NCBI GenBank assembly: GCA_043228905.1
Contig: JBHGNT010000002.1
Location: forward strand, 19,840,001-19,904,000
Source of the DNA: Azolla caroliniana
Taxonomy: Eukaryota > Plantae > Polypodiophyta
Reading direction: 5' to 3'
Length of the DNA stretch: 64,000 nt
The notes beneath the pieces are model-generated. The model was given only the letters and a program-made list of their open reading frames with translations, made no database searches and was not told where the DNA came from. A program made the position numbers and the translations under genes. Below, piece by piece: positions 39,705 to 53,181 of this stretch (its first letter is position 1; the number at the start of each line of letters is the position of its first letter).

Positions 39705-41745
39705 TCAAGGGTCAACAAGGTCCCCTCCTTCGTCTATAGGTTCCATCGATTCTCTAGAGGTCAACTGAAACATCTCAATTACATTAATATGTTTTGCCCC
39801 AACCTCTTGGTCTTGGTTGGGACAATCCCAGATACCTTGGATTCTCATTTTAATAAAATTAACTTGTGAAGGGTCCTTCTCCAAGATGACACAGTTCTTG
39901 AACATCTTCAAAGCACATACAATTGTTGTTCCTGAATAATCAATCGTAATTGCGTAAGTGAGAAAACAAAGTCGAGAAAATCAATTTTATTTTAAAATAA
40001 ATTGATCATGCTTGTAAGAATACCTGTTCTAGATAATAAGTCGAGCACCCAATCATCAGTGTTAGAAAACAACTCGACCAATCGATTAATTAAACGTTGG
40101 GGCTTTTGGTACGGGTTCACTAGACTTTTGTCGCTAGAAACATGGCATAGTTTCTTCGTCACAGCTGGGCACATGATATAATTTACGACGTTTCGCTCAT
40201 TCACATGTGCCCGAGCCTTTTTCTTAGAAATTGTGTCGTAGTACCCCACACACAAATGCTCCACAACGCTGACCAATCGATCGCATGGGGTGTGAGTTAT
40301 ATTCATTTAAACCCTATTTGTAATAGAATGGAAATAAATCAATATCATCAAATATTCTATATAGTAAGTGCAATTGAAACCATATATAAAATACATAGCA
40401 ACTTAAAGCTTACCAATGCACGTGTTCAGTTGCGTGACATCTCGACTTTAATGTAGTAGTGACCGATAAAGACTGACCCATACTATGAAATATTACTATT
40501 CACCATAATGGAGCCAGGATCAACTCTACAAAGTCCTTCGCCATCTTTGCTATTTGAGGATATTTATATGGCATGTCGTCGTATGTGGACCCCGTTATTC
40601 GAAATCCAGATGGTATGTCCTCAATGAGCTGTATAATGCCTCTTGGGTAATATGTCAAGAATATTACCCACATCACCATTATATACACTATAGTACAACT
40701 GTATGAAAGGATCGTTTTTGTGAAAAAAAACTCTTCATTGTATCCGAGTCTTCAGGCACCTCTAGCTCCTTTCCTTTTGTCATTCGCTTTTCATACTTTG
40801 CTCGTTCCAAATGAGTGATGAATGCACTTGGTATGCCTTCATTACTATCACCCAATTTCTTCGAGCGAGGTGGTTTCTGCAATTATAAGATTTATAAGAA
40901 AATGCGCATTATCCTAAAATCAACTATAGAATATGTAAATTGTACACATACCCATTCCCTAAACACAATGAAAAATTCTTCCACTTCTTCCCATGTAGGC
41001 AGGGACAATTTTTTCATCATCAGCTCTTGTATCTTCATGTAAACCTTACATGGCTAAAAAACTTTACACATAAAGGTCAAAATCAAGAGCAAATTAACAA
41101 TGCAATCCAAACAAAAACAATAATACAAAAGGACTGCTCACTTTTGAAATTCTGTGACCATTTATCTAAGCTAAATTTCTTCGATGCCACTCTTGATAGT
41201 ACAAATATCAATAATCTGTCATCTTTTATTCCTTGTAATGACCGCCAAGGAAGCAACCTCATGTCCTCAACTAATTCTTCTATCACTAAGTCACTTTTAC
41301 ATGACTTAGACTTTATCTCCACTTGAAGGTCCAACTTTGCCTTGTTTGAACATTGACCCTTTATCTCTTTTCTCCCCCACATACTAAATATTTGATCTTG
41401 AAGGTCCCACACCTCCCCTGTTTTGAAAGCAAGCTGAAACCATGAGTCGTACTTTCTCAAGCCTTTAGATTTTGTGCTTTCGTCAATTGTGATCCCCACT
41501 TCTACCAGACATTGTCCTCGCAACCCAGGATGCAGCCTAGGACCATATTTCTGCAAAGCATCAAGGTACTCGTGATGAAAGAACCTGATGCACTCTATAC
41601 ATGACATCTTTTGTCTATAGTCATTGTCATTATTGTGGTCCGAAGCTAGCAACTTGGCTTCTTCATGTGTAAGACCGGCATACACTTTACATTTTGCATA
41701 TTTGAAGAAGGGGGTAAGAGGATATTCCTTAACAAGTCGTTTGTA
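39705..41745 (-). pseudogene. Intron-containing ParB-like domain plus beta-class N4-cytosine/N6-adenine DNA methyltransferase (degenerate)
   Basis: Manual splicing gives, in order: YNGDVGNILDILPKRHY.QLIEDIPSGF (motif IV DPPY-like, 40608-40619), HVHW-V*MN (W.K motif), VEHLCVGY, VNPYQKPQRLINRLVELFSNTDDWVLDLLSRT-GTTIVCALKMFKNCVILEKDPSQVNFIKMRI (PxQKP, motif I FxGxG-like, acidic motif II). GT-AG introns at 40877-40951, 40314-40413 and 39932-40023. N-terminal KVYAGLTHEEAKLLASDHNNDNDYRQKMSCIE is ParB-like. Stops and frameshifts are present. Confidence 0.8.
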
Positions 41746-42061
41746 TAGTAACGGTGTTTCGAGCTGGAAGTTGGCAAAAAACTTGACCCGAGATTACTGC
41801 CACTGCAACAATATTGATGAAGGTATGATTATTTATACCATTCTCTTAACATCGCTTAATGATTCTTTTTAACATCATCGATGTTCGTTTTGCCACCATC
41901 CCAAATCGAGATGGTCGGAGTTTCACCGACCGCAACCGCAAATTCCCATTCCTATTCGAAACGGATAGACAATACATGTAGACCATGCTTCATTAGAAAA
42001 ATTATTCTGCAACACCAAACTTTTCTCTTTACGCTTGGTTTTCAGTCCGAACGAGTCACAC

Positions 42062-42175
42062 ATACACCCTAGTACATACTCCCCGCCGTTGGGGGCATCC
42101 CCGAAGGGCTGGGGATTTTGTTCCACCGCCCAGTCGTTGTCTAGCTTTTCTAATAAGTTGCTGATTTGTTGGCAC
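42062..42175 (-). CDS. rps12: Plastid ribosomal protein S12, 5' (trans-spliced) exon, NUPT copy
   Basis: GTG start, (M)[37 protein letters not shown], 114 nt, followed by the group II intron start gtgtg at 42061. Confidence 0.92.
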
Positions 42176-42575
42176 GTTCAAAGAAGCAGATAATCTGTTT
42201 GGTTTAGAATATTCTTAACCATGTGCATGCAAGAATGAAATCTCTCAATATCTTCGATTTTTAGGTTTCGGTATGGTTTTCTGACTTAACAGTGGGAGGC
42301 GCGGTCCAAGGCCCCTGGGGATTGGATAGAGCGATCATTGAGATAAATGAGTATGAAACAACGAAGGATCTTTTTATTTTAATTAATTTAGAAATCAATT
42401 CAACTATATTTATTCTTTGGCTCAACCGCAAACCACAGATAGAGAGAAAAGTTTTTCTCCTTTTTTTTTTCGGGTGTAGAATCTTTTTTTTTGTTAGACA
42501 AGGAGGAGTTCTCTGACTCCTCTTCTATCCATATCGATGCCGAAAGGATCTTATAAAAAAAGCAAAACTGAATTA

Positions 42576-44486
42576 TCAATTCGGAGCGTTATCCGACGCG
42601 ACAAAATCCGCGATACCATAATCCTGGGCTTCTTCCGCTGACAGAAAAACGTCTCTTTCCATGTCTTCAGAAATCATCCATAGCGGTTTACCAGTTCTTT
42701 GTGCATAAACCCTGGTTATACAATCACGGAGTTTCGATACTTCTTCTGCTTCCATAACACACTCCCCTGCTTGTCCGTCATAATACGAACTAGCGGGTTG
42801 GTGAATCATTACCCTGATTGGGGTATAACCCAGGACTAGCCGTACGGGCAGTTATCTATGCATACGGCTATGCGTCGGGTGGGGTAAAACCGGTAGGCGG
42901 TGATATATTTCCAAGCGCTAGTCTCCTTACTCCATGCAAGAAAAAAAAAAGATCTCTTGCGTTATTACAAAAATTTCCCTACCGGAACACTGTAATATGG
43001 TATGTACCATCCTTCTAAACATACTACGATGGTTCCGTTGCTTCTCATTCGAGCAATCCCAAGGTTTGCTATGTCTATCCCCGATGGGCGATAGAATCAT
43101 TTTATTTCTACTGCTGATGAAGAAGAAGTCTGATCTTCTAAAACCACGAAGAATCAACAAAATATTCAGTTTATGACGCTAATATATATATATATATTGA
43201 TCTCCGTCGAATCTATCAAAAAAAGAGAGAGGTTTCTTTGATTCCTGTTACTATCTTGGCGATTTACTACTTCACTTTCGAATCTATGTCCGAAAAAAAG
43301 AATTACCAAGTATCGGATGCCATGCTATTGTTACCTAACCAGGCGAAGGCACAGTTTGATTTACTTTTTTTATGATAAAAATCATTGGCGCCAAGGGTGA
43401 GGTAGTGCTATACGTTTGGTAATTTCCCCCCCAGCCAAAATGGAAGATCCCATCGAAGCAGCTAGTCCCATACAAATGGTATGCACGTCCGGTACCACAA
43501 ATTGCGTAGCATCATAAACAGACATTCCGGCTAAGACTGCCCCGCCGGGAGAATTCACATACAAAAAAATATCTTTGCCTTCGTCTTCCCCATTCAGGTA
43601 CATCATGATACCGATTAGTTGATTAGCAATTTCATCATCTACCTGTTGACCCAAGAAAAGAAGTCTTTCCCGATAAAGCCGGTTGATCAGGATAGGTTTA
43701 TGTGTCATGCACCCTCACCCCCCTCTGGAACCGTACGAGCGTCGCTAGAAGCATACGGCTCTGGTAGTTTGTACATGGTGGAGGCAGAAAAGAAAAAAAA
43801 CTATTGCCTTTTTTCAGAAAGAGGAAAACTAGCATTTCTTGCTTACAACGCTCGTTGTGCAATGCAAGATGCCCACCATTTCAATTAAATTCCGGTTCAG
43901 ATTTGTCTGTCTCATCCATCAAAAATCCTGAACTGACTCGTAACCGGCCTGTAGTAGGGATGAACTCGCCCGTCATTCAACCTCCTTCGCACCGGTGTCT
44001 TCCTGTTCGTGGTTGAGCTCTTTCCAGAATCTTTGGGTTCATTTTCTACTTCGGGGGGGGTCCCACCGTCACTCGTACGTATGGAACGAATTTTTTTACT
44101 TCCCCTCTTCTTCCTATTCCCACAACTAATGGATTCAGAAGTAATAGACTTTTCTGGAGTCTTGCTCATCCTACCTTCCATTCTGTAGCAGGTTCTGCTA
44201 CGACCAAGCTTGGGACTCAGTCACCGGAGCCTGAATAGCTTGTTTATTCTAACTAGCCATGGATTCCATTGGTAAATATCTCGTGAAAGTATTCATCACG
44301 TGTTTAACAACTGAGTGATAATTCAGTCTACTCCAAGTGAGATAGAGACATATCGATTGAGTGAAAGGTAATGGAGAGTAATTCCATGCAGGTCAACGCA
44401 CCTGACGAGTCGTACTATACGTCAACCCAAACAACATCCTCCTCCCCAGGTAGACGAAAGGGCACTTTTGGAACACCAATTGGCAT
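42576..44486 (-). CDS. clpP: Plastid ClpP protease subunit, 3 exons, NUPT copy
   Basis: Exons 44416-44486 ([17 protein letters not shown]), 43394-43685 ([13 protein letters not shown]...MGLAASMGS) and 42576-42815 ([10 protein letters not shown]...[12 protein letters not shown]); two group II introns. Confidence 0.95.
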
Positions 44487-44997
44487 GCAAAAATTACATT
44501 TTCTTTTTCTTTTTCTCTTACTATTTTCAATCCCATTTACTGAATCGGGAACGTAGAAACCGAAGCTGGCAAAAGTTCGTATCATATTATAACACACTTG
44601 ATTAAGGCTTTGTGGTAAGTCGAAAAACCATCCATTTTCTGTATAATGAGAAAGTTTAAATATCTGGATGGGACCAATCTCTACATTGTTATATAAAGAA
44701 AGTAGATGCTAGAATATCAATGTCTTTCTCATTCCTATCAGGAAGATTTTTGGCCTCTCCAATACAACATAATTCGTTCGATCGAGTTGGTGGTGGGAGG
44801 GGGATGGATACGGGTGTCTACAAGCAAACGAAGAACGATATTTGTTTTAAGACCAAAATCACTCTAATAAAAAACCAACCGAGTTAGATATTTCAGAAAA
44901 ATTTTGCTTTTTTGCTTCTTCGTAGTGCAAGCCTACATCACCGCGAGAAAATCATATAGCGTTTACTTATTTCCAATATCCAAGAAAGGGGTTTTTC

Positions 44998-46524
44998 ACG
45001 GGTTTGCCTTGGTATCGCGTTCATACTGTCGTACTAAACGATCCTGGTCGTCTGATTTCCGTACATCTGATGCATACTGCTTTGGTTTCTGGCTGGGCGG
45101 GTTCAATGGCTCTTTACGAATTAGCAGTTTTTGATCCATCCGACCCTGTTCTTGATCCTATGTGGAGGCAGGGTATGTTTGTTATTCCGTTCATGACTCG
45201 TATTGGAATAACAAAATCGTGGGGAGGTTGGAGCATTACCGGAGATACTGTAAGTGATGCAGGTATCTGGAGCTACGAAGGCGTAGCCGCGGCCCACATC
45301 GTATTATCCGGTTTACTGTTTTTAGCTGCTATCTGGCACTGGGTCTACTGGGATTTGGATCTGTTTCGCGATGATCGCACAGGAAAACCATCCTTGGATT
45401 TACCTAAAATATTTGGGATTCACCTATTCCTTTCAGGAGTACTTTGTTTTGCTTTTGGAGCATTCCACGTAACCGGTTTATTTGGTCCCGGTATTTGGGT
45501 ATCGGATCCCTATGGATTAACAGGAAAGGTGGAACCCGTAGATCCGGCTTGGGGAGCTGAAGGTTTTGACCCATTCGTTCCGGGAGGAATAGCTTCGCAC
45601 CACATAGCTGCGGGAGTCCTAGGTATATTAGCCGGTCTATTTCACCTTAGTGTTCGTCCCCCACAACGATTGTATAAAGCTCTTCGTATGGGAAATGTCG
45701 AAACCGTATTATCTAGCAGTATCGCTGCAGTCTTTTTCGCCGCCTTCGTAGTTTCTGGAACCATGTGGTACGGTTCTGCCGCCACTCCAATCGAGTTGTT
45801 TGGCCCTACGCGTTACCAATGGGATCAGGGATATTTTCAACAAGAAATAGATCGACGAATCCGCTCTAGCAAGACTGAAAATCTGAGTCTATCCGAAGCT
45901 TGGTCTAAGATTCCAGAAAAATTAGCCTTTTACGATTACATTGGTAACAATCCGGCTAAAGGTGGATTATTCAGAGCAGGTGCAATGGACAACGGCGATG
46001 GTATAGCTGTAGGTTGGTTAGGCCACGCTATCTTCAAAGATAAGGGGGGTCGTGAGTTGCTCGTACGCCGGATGCCCACCTTCTTCGAAACATTTCCAGT
46101 AGTCTTGGTAGATGGCGAAGGCATCGTAAGAGCCGATGTGCCATTCAGACGAGCGGAATCTAAATATAGTGTTGAGCAAGTAGGCGTAACTGTAGAATTT
46201 AACGACGGTGAACTAGATGGCGCTAGCTTTAGCGATCCCGCTACAGTAAAGAAATACGCAAGTCGCGCCCAATTGGGTGAAATTTTTGAATTTGATCGCG
46301 CTACTATGAAATCAGATGGTGTTTTTAGAAGTAGTCCTAGGGGGTGGTTTACTTTCGGTCACGCCACATTTGCTCTACTCTTTTTCTTTGGTCATATCTG
46401 GCATGGTGCAAGAACCCTCTTCAGAGACGTTTTTGCTGGTATTGATCCCGACCTAGACGCTCAGGTCGAATTTGGAGCATTCTAGAAGTTGGGGGATCCA
46501 AGTACCAAGAGACAAGCTGTTTGA
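44998..46524 (+). CDS. psbB: Photosystem II CP47, NUPT copy
   Basis: ACG start (editable to AUG), then [18 protein letters not shown]. In-frame TAG at 46483-46485 sits at a conserved Gln (GAF*KLGDP); the true stop is TGA at 46522-46524. Confidence 0.97.
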
Positions 46525-46694
46525 GTGGAAAATTCTTTGAAAAATCGGGTCCGGTAGGATTTTTCAAGGGAGTTCTTTTTCTTGCAAGGTGATATTACTA
46601 ATAAGATAGAGAAAGGATTAAGTAGATAGATAATTTATCTCAAAATAAGTATGAAAGATATCTTCAAAAAACTACTTTACGGTCGGTCGAATCC

Positions 46695-46799
46695 ATGGAA
46701 GCACTGGTTTATACATTTCTACTGGTAGCCACTCTGGGTATAATTTTTTTCTCCATTTTTTTTCGGGAACCACCCAAGCTGCCCACCAAGGAAAAGTGA
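46695..46799 (+). CDS. psbT: Photosystem II protein T, NUPT copy
   Basis: [34 protein letters not shown]. Confidence 0.95.
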   Translation: MEALVYTFLLVATLGIIFFSIFFREPPKLPTKEK

Positions 46800-46891
46800 C
46801 ATTCTATTCTTAGATACTCAAAAACCAACATAAGAAGTACTTGTCTTCGTTACTGGCATCGGCGGACTCATGGAAGGAGTAGGGCTAGTTG

Positions 46892-46927
46892 GAGACCTTC
46901 CTCGGTTGTTTTTTCCGGGAAGGTCTC
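46892..46927. terminator. Plastid psbT/psbN convergent stem-loop
   Basis: Inverted repeat gagaccttcc...ggaaggtctc between convergent genes. Confidence 0.6.
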
Positions 46928-46936
46928 TCAGTCTAA

Positions 46937-47068
46937 CTAATCTTCATGTTCCTCAAAGGGGTCTCTGAGCTCTTCGGAGGGTTGACCGAAGGCAGTATAC
47001 AAAGCGTGACCGGTGAAGCTGACGAGTGAACAAGATGTAAAGATAGCGACCGAAGTTGCAGTTTCCGT
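46937..47068 (-). CDS. psbN: PsbN (pbf1), NUPT copy
   Basis: ACG start, [42 protein letters not shown]; several unedited codons. Confidence 0.95.
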   Translation of the reverse strand, partial: TETATSVAIFTSCSLVSFTGHALYTAFGQPSEELRDPFEEHED

Positions 47069-47152
47069 TGCTGTATAACCTAAGAAATATTAATTCCCAT
47101 GAGATATAATAGTATACAAAGTCAGTAAATTTCAATCGATTGAATAAGCTCT

Positions 47153-47377
47153 ATGGCTACCAATTTTGTTGATGATACTCCCAAGGGTAAACCTCGGGTT
47201 AGTCTCTTAGGAATAATTTTGAAGCCACTTAACTCAGAATATGGTAAAGTGTCCCCTGGTTGGGGAACTACCCCTCTAATGGGATTCTTCATGGCCTTAT
47301 TTGTTGTATTCTTAGTTATCATTTTGGAAATTTACAACTCATCTGTTCTTTTGGATGGTATTCCGATAAGTTGGTAG
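47153..47377 (+). CDS. psbH: Photosystem II phosphoprotein H, NUPT copy
   Basis: MAT...[22 protein letters not shown]...[14 protein letters not shown]. Confidence 0.96.
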   Translation: MATNFVDDTPKGKPRVSLLGIILKPLNSEYGKVSPGWGTTPLMGFFMALFVVFLVIILEIYNSSVLLDGIPISW

Positions 47378-47502
47378 GAGAGAGAGGGTGGGTTAGTGCA
47401 TTGGAACCCACCGCCGCAATAGCCGGGGGTTCCCGGATGAAGACTTCAGAGGAGTCAGAAAGGTAGTTAAATTGTGCGAATAATCCCCTGAAAGATTTTG
47501 AT

Positions 47503-49012
47503 ATGGGTGTGTGACTCGCAGCAACCAGTCTGGTTCAATGAATAGATATTCTTTTGTTGAAGAAATAAAAAGATAACTACTTTTTTTTCTTCAACAAAAT
47601 AGTAGTTGTCTTGCTGGGTAGCAGTTTGATTATTAGCACCCAGAGCGCAAGAAACTAGATATTGCTTGGTAGGGTTCGAACTACGATTAATCCGTACCAA
47701 TCTACCTTTAAACTTCGTAACAAAAAAGTAAATCGATGCTAGGTACGTAACATCGACGCTCGATCAACGAATTGCGAAGAAGTGAACTATCTTTCAATCG
47801 AAAATATACGGTAGTGGGGTAAAACGATCATAATCACGCAATTTGTCTATTGTTTCACAAATTTATGCCGTGGTCGGAGAATTCTTGCCCATCAGGTTTT
47901 CTCACCTTTGAAAAGAAGGATTTACCGGAGTATAGTAGAGATCCAAGGTTCGTAGATGCTCGGACAATCAGATTGGAACGAGAAAAAAAAAAAAAAAGAT
48001 ATATATATCCATTGATTTCTCCTTATTAATTAAGTATAGATCCAGCGATAAGATAAAGAGTTTTCCCGAGATGCTAGTCATAATCATTCCTTGCCTGAAT
48101 GAAAAATAAAAGCTAACGCGGGATTGAGGCAAAACATATTTTTGAGGTTTACGATGCAATGATCACGTCTCCGTTTTTTCTATCTTAAAAGCATTTAATG
48201 AAAAAAAAGAAAGATGAAGACCTTTTCTCATTCTATCTTCATATCAAGTGACTATTTAATTAAAAGAATGGACGATTACTCAAATATCTTTGTTTAAGTT
48301 GTGTGAGAGCAAAACCTCACGTACGGTTTACAGAGGGGGAGTTGAAAAAAAAAAGCTTACCCACCTCGATAAGGTATACGATTGGTTTGAAGAGCGCCTT
48401 GAAATTCAGGCAATTGCTGATGATATTACTAGTAAATATGTTCCTCCTCACGTGAACATATTCTATTGTTTGGGGGGAATTACGTTGACTCGCTTTTCAG
48501 TCCAGGTAGCCACCGGTTTTGCCACGACTTCTTATTATCGCCCGACCGTTACAGAAGCTTTTTCTTCGGTTGAATATATAATGACTGAAGTCAATTTTGG
48601 ATGGCTGATTCGATCTGTCCATCGATGGTCAGCGAGTATGATGGTTCCAATGATGATTCCGCATGTATCTCGTGTATATCTTACAGGAGGATTCAAAAAA
48701 CCCCGTGAATTGACTTGGGTTACTGGTGTAATTTTGGCTGTACTAACTGTATCTTTTGGTGTGACTGGGTATTCTTCACCCTGGGATCAGATTGGTTATT
48801 GGGCAGTTAAGATAGTAACTGGTGTACCCGAAGCTATTCCTCTAATAGGATCTTCATCGGTAGAGTTGTCGCGAGGAAGTGTAAGTGTAGGTCAATCCAC
48901 ACTGGCTCGTTTTTATAGTTTGCATACCTTCGTATTGCCGCTACTTACTGCCGTTTCTATGCTAACGCATTTCCTGATGATCCGTAAACAAGGCATTTCG
49001 GGTCCTCTTTAG
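47503..49012 (+). CDS. petB: Cytochrome b6, NUPT copy (6 nt exon 1 plus group II intron)
   Basis: Exon 1 ATGGGT at 47503-47508, intron starting gtgtg, exon 2 at 48371-49012 ([18 protein letters not shown]...[11 protein letters not shown]). Many unedited Ser/Pro/Thr codons. Confidence 0.96.
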
Positions 49013-49205
49013 CACTTACAGAAAAATTCTATTGATTCCTGAGTCATCAAAGAAGGACCTTAATTTATAATTCTTTACAAGGTTGCTATTCCATTGCCGC
49101 TGGTGCTTATCACTGAAATAGATGAAGAGTTATCTATCGGATTTGATTCCTGTATTAGACTATAGGGATAAACAGATTGAAGCGTTGAAGGAAAAAATTT
49201 GGATT

Positions 49206-50414
<1,209 letters not shown>

Positions 50415-50448
50415 AACCCTACTAGTTCATTGACATGCACACAGAAAA

Positions 50449-50486
50449 TCTAGGGAGTGATTGTTACACCACAACATCTCCCTAGA
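50449..50486. terminator. Plastid petD/rpoA stem-loop
   Basis: Inverted repeat tctagggag...ctccctaga downstream of petD. Confidence 0.55.
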
Positions 50487-50753
50487 CTTGTTGTTTTTTT
50501 ATAAGCAACTACTAAAATTTCGAAATGGTTCTATTATTTATTCTATTTCTTATTTGACAACTAATTATACGTATACGACGACCAAAGCCGTATAACCGCT
50601 TTTTTCCGCATCCCCTTCTTGTCTGTCTATGCAAAAAAAAATTCATTACTTAGCCGCTTTCATTATTGATAAAGAGCCACAGCGGGCAAGCGATGGGCTG
50701 GCCCACAACACCACAACACAAGGAGTACGATTTTGAGAAAAGACCTTTTATTC

Positions 50754-51767
50754 CTAATCCACGCGCACCTTGCTATTGGGTAATTCTGCGGCGAAACGTT
50801 CCCACGAAGCTTTTGAAACCTGATCTACAGATTTTTTTCCAAAACTCTTTAGTTTAAGCAAATCATCCCGACTATAGTTAAGTAAATCATTTATTGTATG
50901 TATCTCAGCCCGTTTAAGACAATTAAAAGCCCTAGCAGGTGATTCCAGTTGATCAATGAATGTATTTGTAAGAACTTCTCTCGATTTTCCCACACTATCC
51001 AGTTGTAAAGACGATTTGGCTAAGTCCGAAGAATTCTGAATATTACCGTGGTGGGCGATATTAGAATCTCTCACGTGCAATTTTTTTTTTAATAAATAGA
51101 TTAGTTTTGTAGATGCCTTACATAGAGCTTCTTCGGGGGTCGGACTACCATTAGTCCATATTTCCATGAATGAGATCTCTCGCATTTCCACACCATTCTC
51201 AAACGGATGGACACTATAATTTACGTTTCGGATAGGCATAGGTATAGCACCAACAGGGAATTCTCCTTCTTGGTATCCTTTAAAATCTTCTGTACGATAT
51301 CCACAAACATTCTCGATCTTCGATTCGATGTTTAGAGATATTGGTTGGACGATAGTAACTATGTATTGTGAATCATCAATAATCTTGACGGAAGGCGGTA
51401 GCAAAATGTCACCAGCGGTTACTTTCTTGGGACCAGTTACAGACAAAAAAGCTTTTTGCGCTTCATTGGATTCATTTCTAAGCGTAGTTCCTTTCAGATT
51501 GACTAAAACATCATGTATTGTCTCTTAAATACCCGTCATTGTGGAATACTCGTGAGCAACTCCCTCAGATTTTGCACTTGTTGTACCTGCTCCTCCAACT
51601 TCTTCTGGCGGGGCTCTACGCATGGCAATTCCCACAGTACTTGCTTGACCCTTTTCAAAGGGGGAAACGACGAATCGGCCGTGATGAAGACGCTTACTTT
51701 CCGTCCTGAATTCAACACATTTCCATTGAATTGCCTGGGTAGAGGTCAATGTTTCGTCCTTAAGCAT
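50754..51767 (-). CDS. rpoA: Plastid RNA polymerase alpha subunit, NUPT copy
   Basis: ORFs 51525-51767 and 50754-51446 are in the same frame, separated by TAA (51525-51527) at a conserved Gln. Motifs HEYSTMTGI, EIWTNGS and RAFNCLKRAEI. Confidence 0.95.
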
Positions 51768-51801
51768 GAAAAAACCCCTGTTCGTTTAATATGACCAGTA
51801 G

Positions 51802-52215
51802 TTAGACACGTCTTTTTCTGGGAGGTCTACATCCGTTGTATGGCATGGGAGTCACATCACGTACGAAACTAAGAGTTATACCGCTTCTGCGGATAGCTCG
51901 TAGAGCGGTATCCCTCCCTGGACCCGGCCCGCTCGTCATTACCTCCGCCTGTTTCATACCCCGATCCATTGACGCGCGGATGGCATTCTCCGCTGCAGCC
52001 TGGGCAGCAAATGGTGTACTCTTGCGGGTACCCTTGAATCCGGAAGCACCAGCAGAACACCAAAGAATTACTTATCCTCGAACATCCGTAACTGTAATAG
52101 TGGTATTATTAAAACTCGCTTGAATATGAATAATTCCTTTCTGGACTCCGCGTTTACCTTTGCGGAGACGAGCTTTTTTCAGAGTCGTTTTTGATGTAGT
52201 TGATTGATTGTTCAT
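51802..52215 (-). CDS. rps11: Plastid ribosomal protein S11, NUPT copy
   Basis: [29 protein letters not shown]...[18 protein letters not shown]. In-frame TAA at 52072-52074 sits at a conserved Gln. The start codon is uncertain. Confidence 0.93.
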
Positions 52216-52270
52216 TATGGAAGGCTTTTACTAAAAATATCTATCTGTTTGAATATCGTCAGTTTATAAA

Positions 52271-52384
52271 CTACCCCTGCCTCTGCTTATGCTTTGGGTT
52301 TTGACAGATTACCATGATTCGTCTACGTCTGCGAATGAGTCTACATTTCTCACATATTTTTCGAATAGAGGCACGAATTTTCGT
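52271..52384 (-). CDS. rpl36: Plastid ribosomal protein L36, NUPT copy
   Basis: ACG start, [36 protein letters not shown]. Confidence 0.95.
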   Translation of the reverse strand, partial: TKIRASIRKICEKCRLIRRRRRIMVICQNPKHKQRQG

Positions 52385-52519
52385 AACTGTAGCCTTAAAT
52401 TGAAATTGGTTGAATCTTTGGATCTCAAACTATCTTTCCTTTTTTATCCCGCAAATTCTTGTACTACAAAAACATTAGAAAATAATGAGGTTAAGCATAA
52501 TAGCTATAACCAATTTTTG

Positions 52520-52762
52520 TTAGGTACCGTTCATTTGTCTATTTCTGAGACGATAGGTGGTACATCCTTTAGTAAGATCATAGGGACTCAATTCCACCCT
52601 CACTCTATCCCCAGGCAATATTCTTATATAGTTACGTCAGATCTTTCCCGATATGTGAGTCGATACGTGGCACCCATTATCTGAATACACTCTAAACATC
52701 GCATTAGGAAGTGATTCTGTAACTGTACCTTCCATGTCAATAAGATTTTGTTTTTTTATCGT
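52520..52762 (-). CDS. infA: Plastid translation initiation factor 1, NUPT copy
   Basis: ACG start after GGAGG; [22 protein letters not shown]...[28 protein letters not shown]. In-frame TGA at 52637-52639 sits at a conserved Arg. Confidence 0.93.
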
Positions 52763-52892
52763 TCAAGAGAAATAAGCCTCCCATCTTATCGACGGATCTT
52801 TTTTAGAATATTATTCTGGATTCGTTTGCCAATGCGAATACCCAAATCCCCTTGAGGCGTGACTTCAACTGAGTGGGATCCTCCAATGATGT

Positions 52893-53181
52893 TGTCGTGA
52901 AGGATTTCGGCCATAAAGAGAAACGAGGCCAAGCGCGCGCGCGAACGGGTGTGTGCACCAATACACATGAATCGAGAAACATGTACAAACATAATGTAAA
53001 TAGCATAGGACTGGTAAGTACTAGGTAGTAGGAATTAAAGGGTACTTTAGAGTCCCACACGCATAGAGAGAATGCGGGGATTTGATGTGAAGAAATCAAA
53101 GGGGGGGAATCTCTAACTCCGATCATGATGGAACGGTCTCCCCTTGTGCCATAAAAGGGGAGGCTTGAGCCTGTTTTAGGG
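52893..53181 (+). mobile_element. 5' fragment of a TGTCGTG-family Gypsy LTR
   Basis: Starts TGTCGTGAAGG and shares cataggact.gtaagtactaggtagtagga...gggtacttta with the minus-strand LTR at 54970-55030. Confidence 0.8.

Noticed and set aside
41923-42126. 67 aa minus-strand ORF that looked like a novel gene or a continuation of the MTase gene
   Set aside because: It is an alternative frame of plastid rps12 exon 1 and its intron.
52763-52992. Possible rps8 3' end or novel ORF upstream of infA
   Set aside because: No rps8 C-terminal motif was found in the minus-strand frames I read. The ORFs are read-through from the LTR into the plastid spacer.
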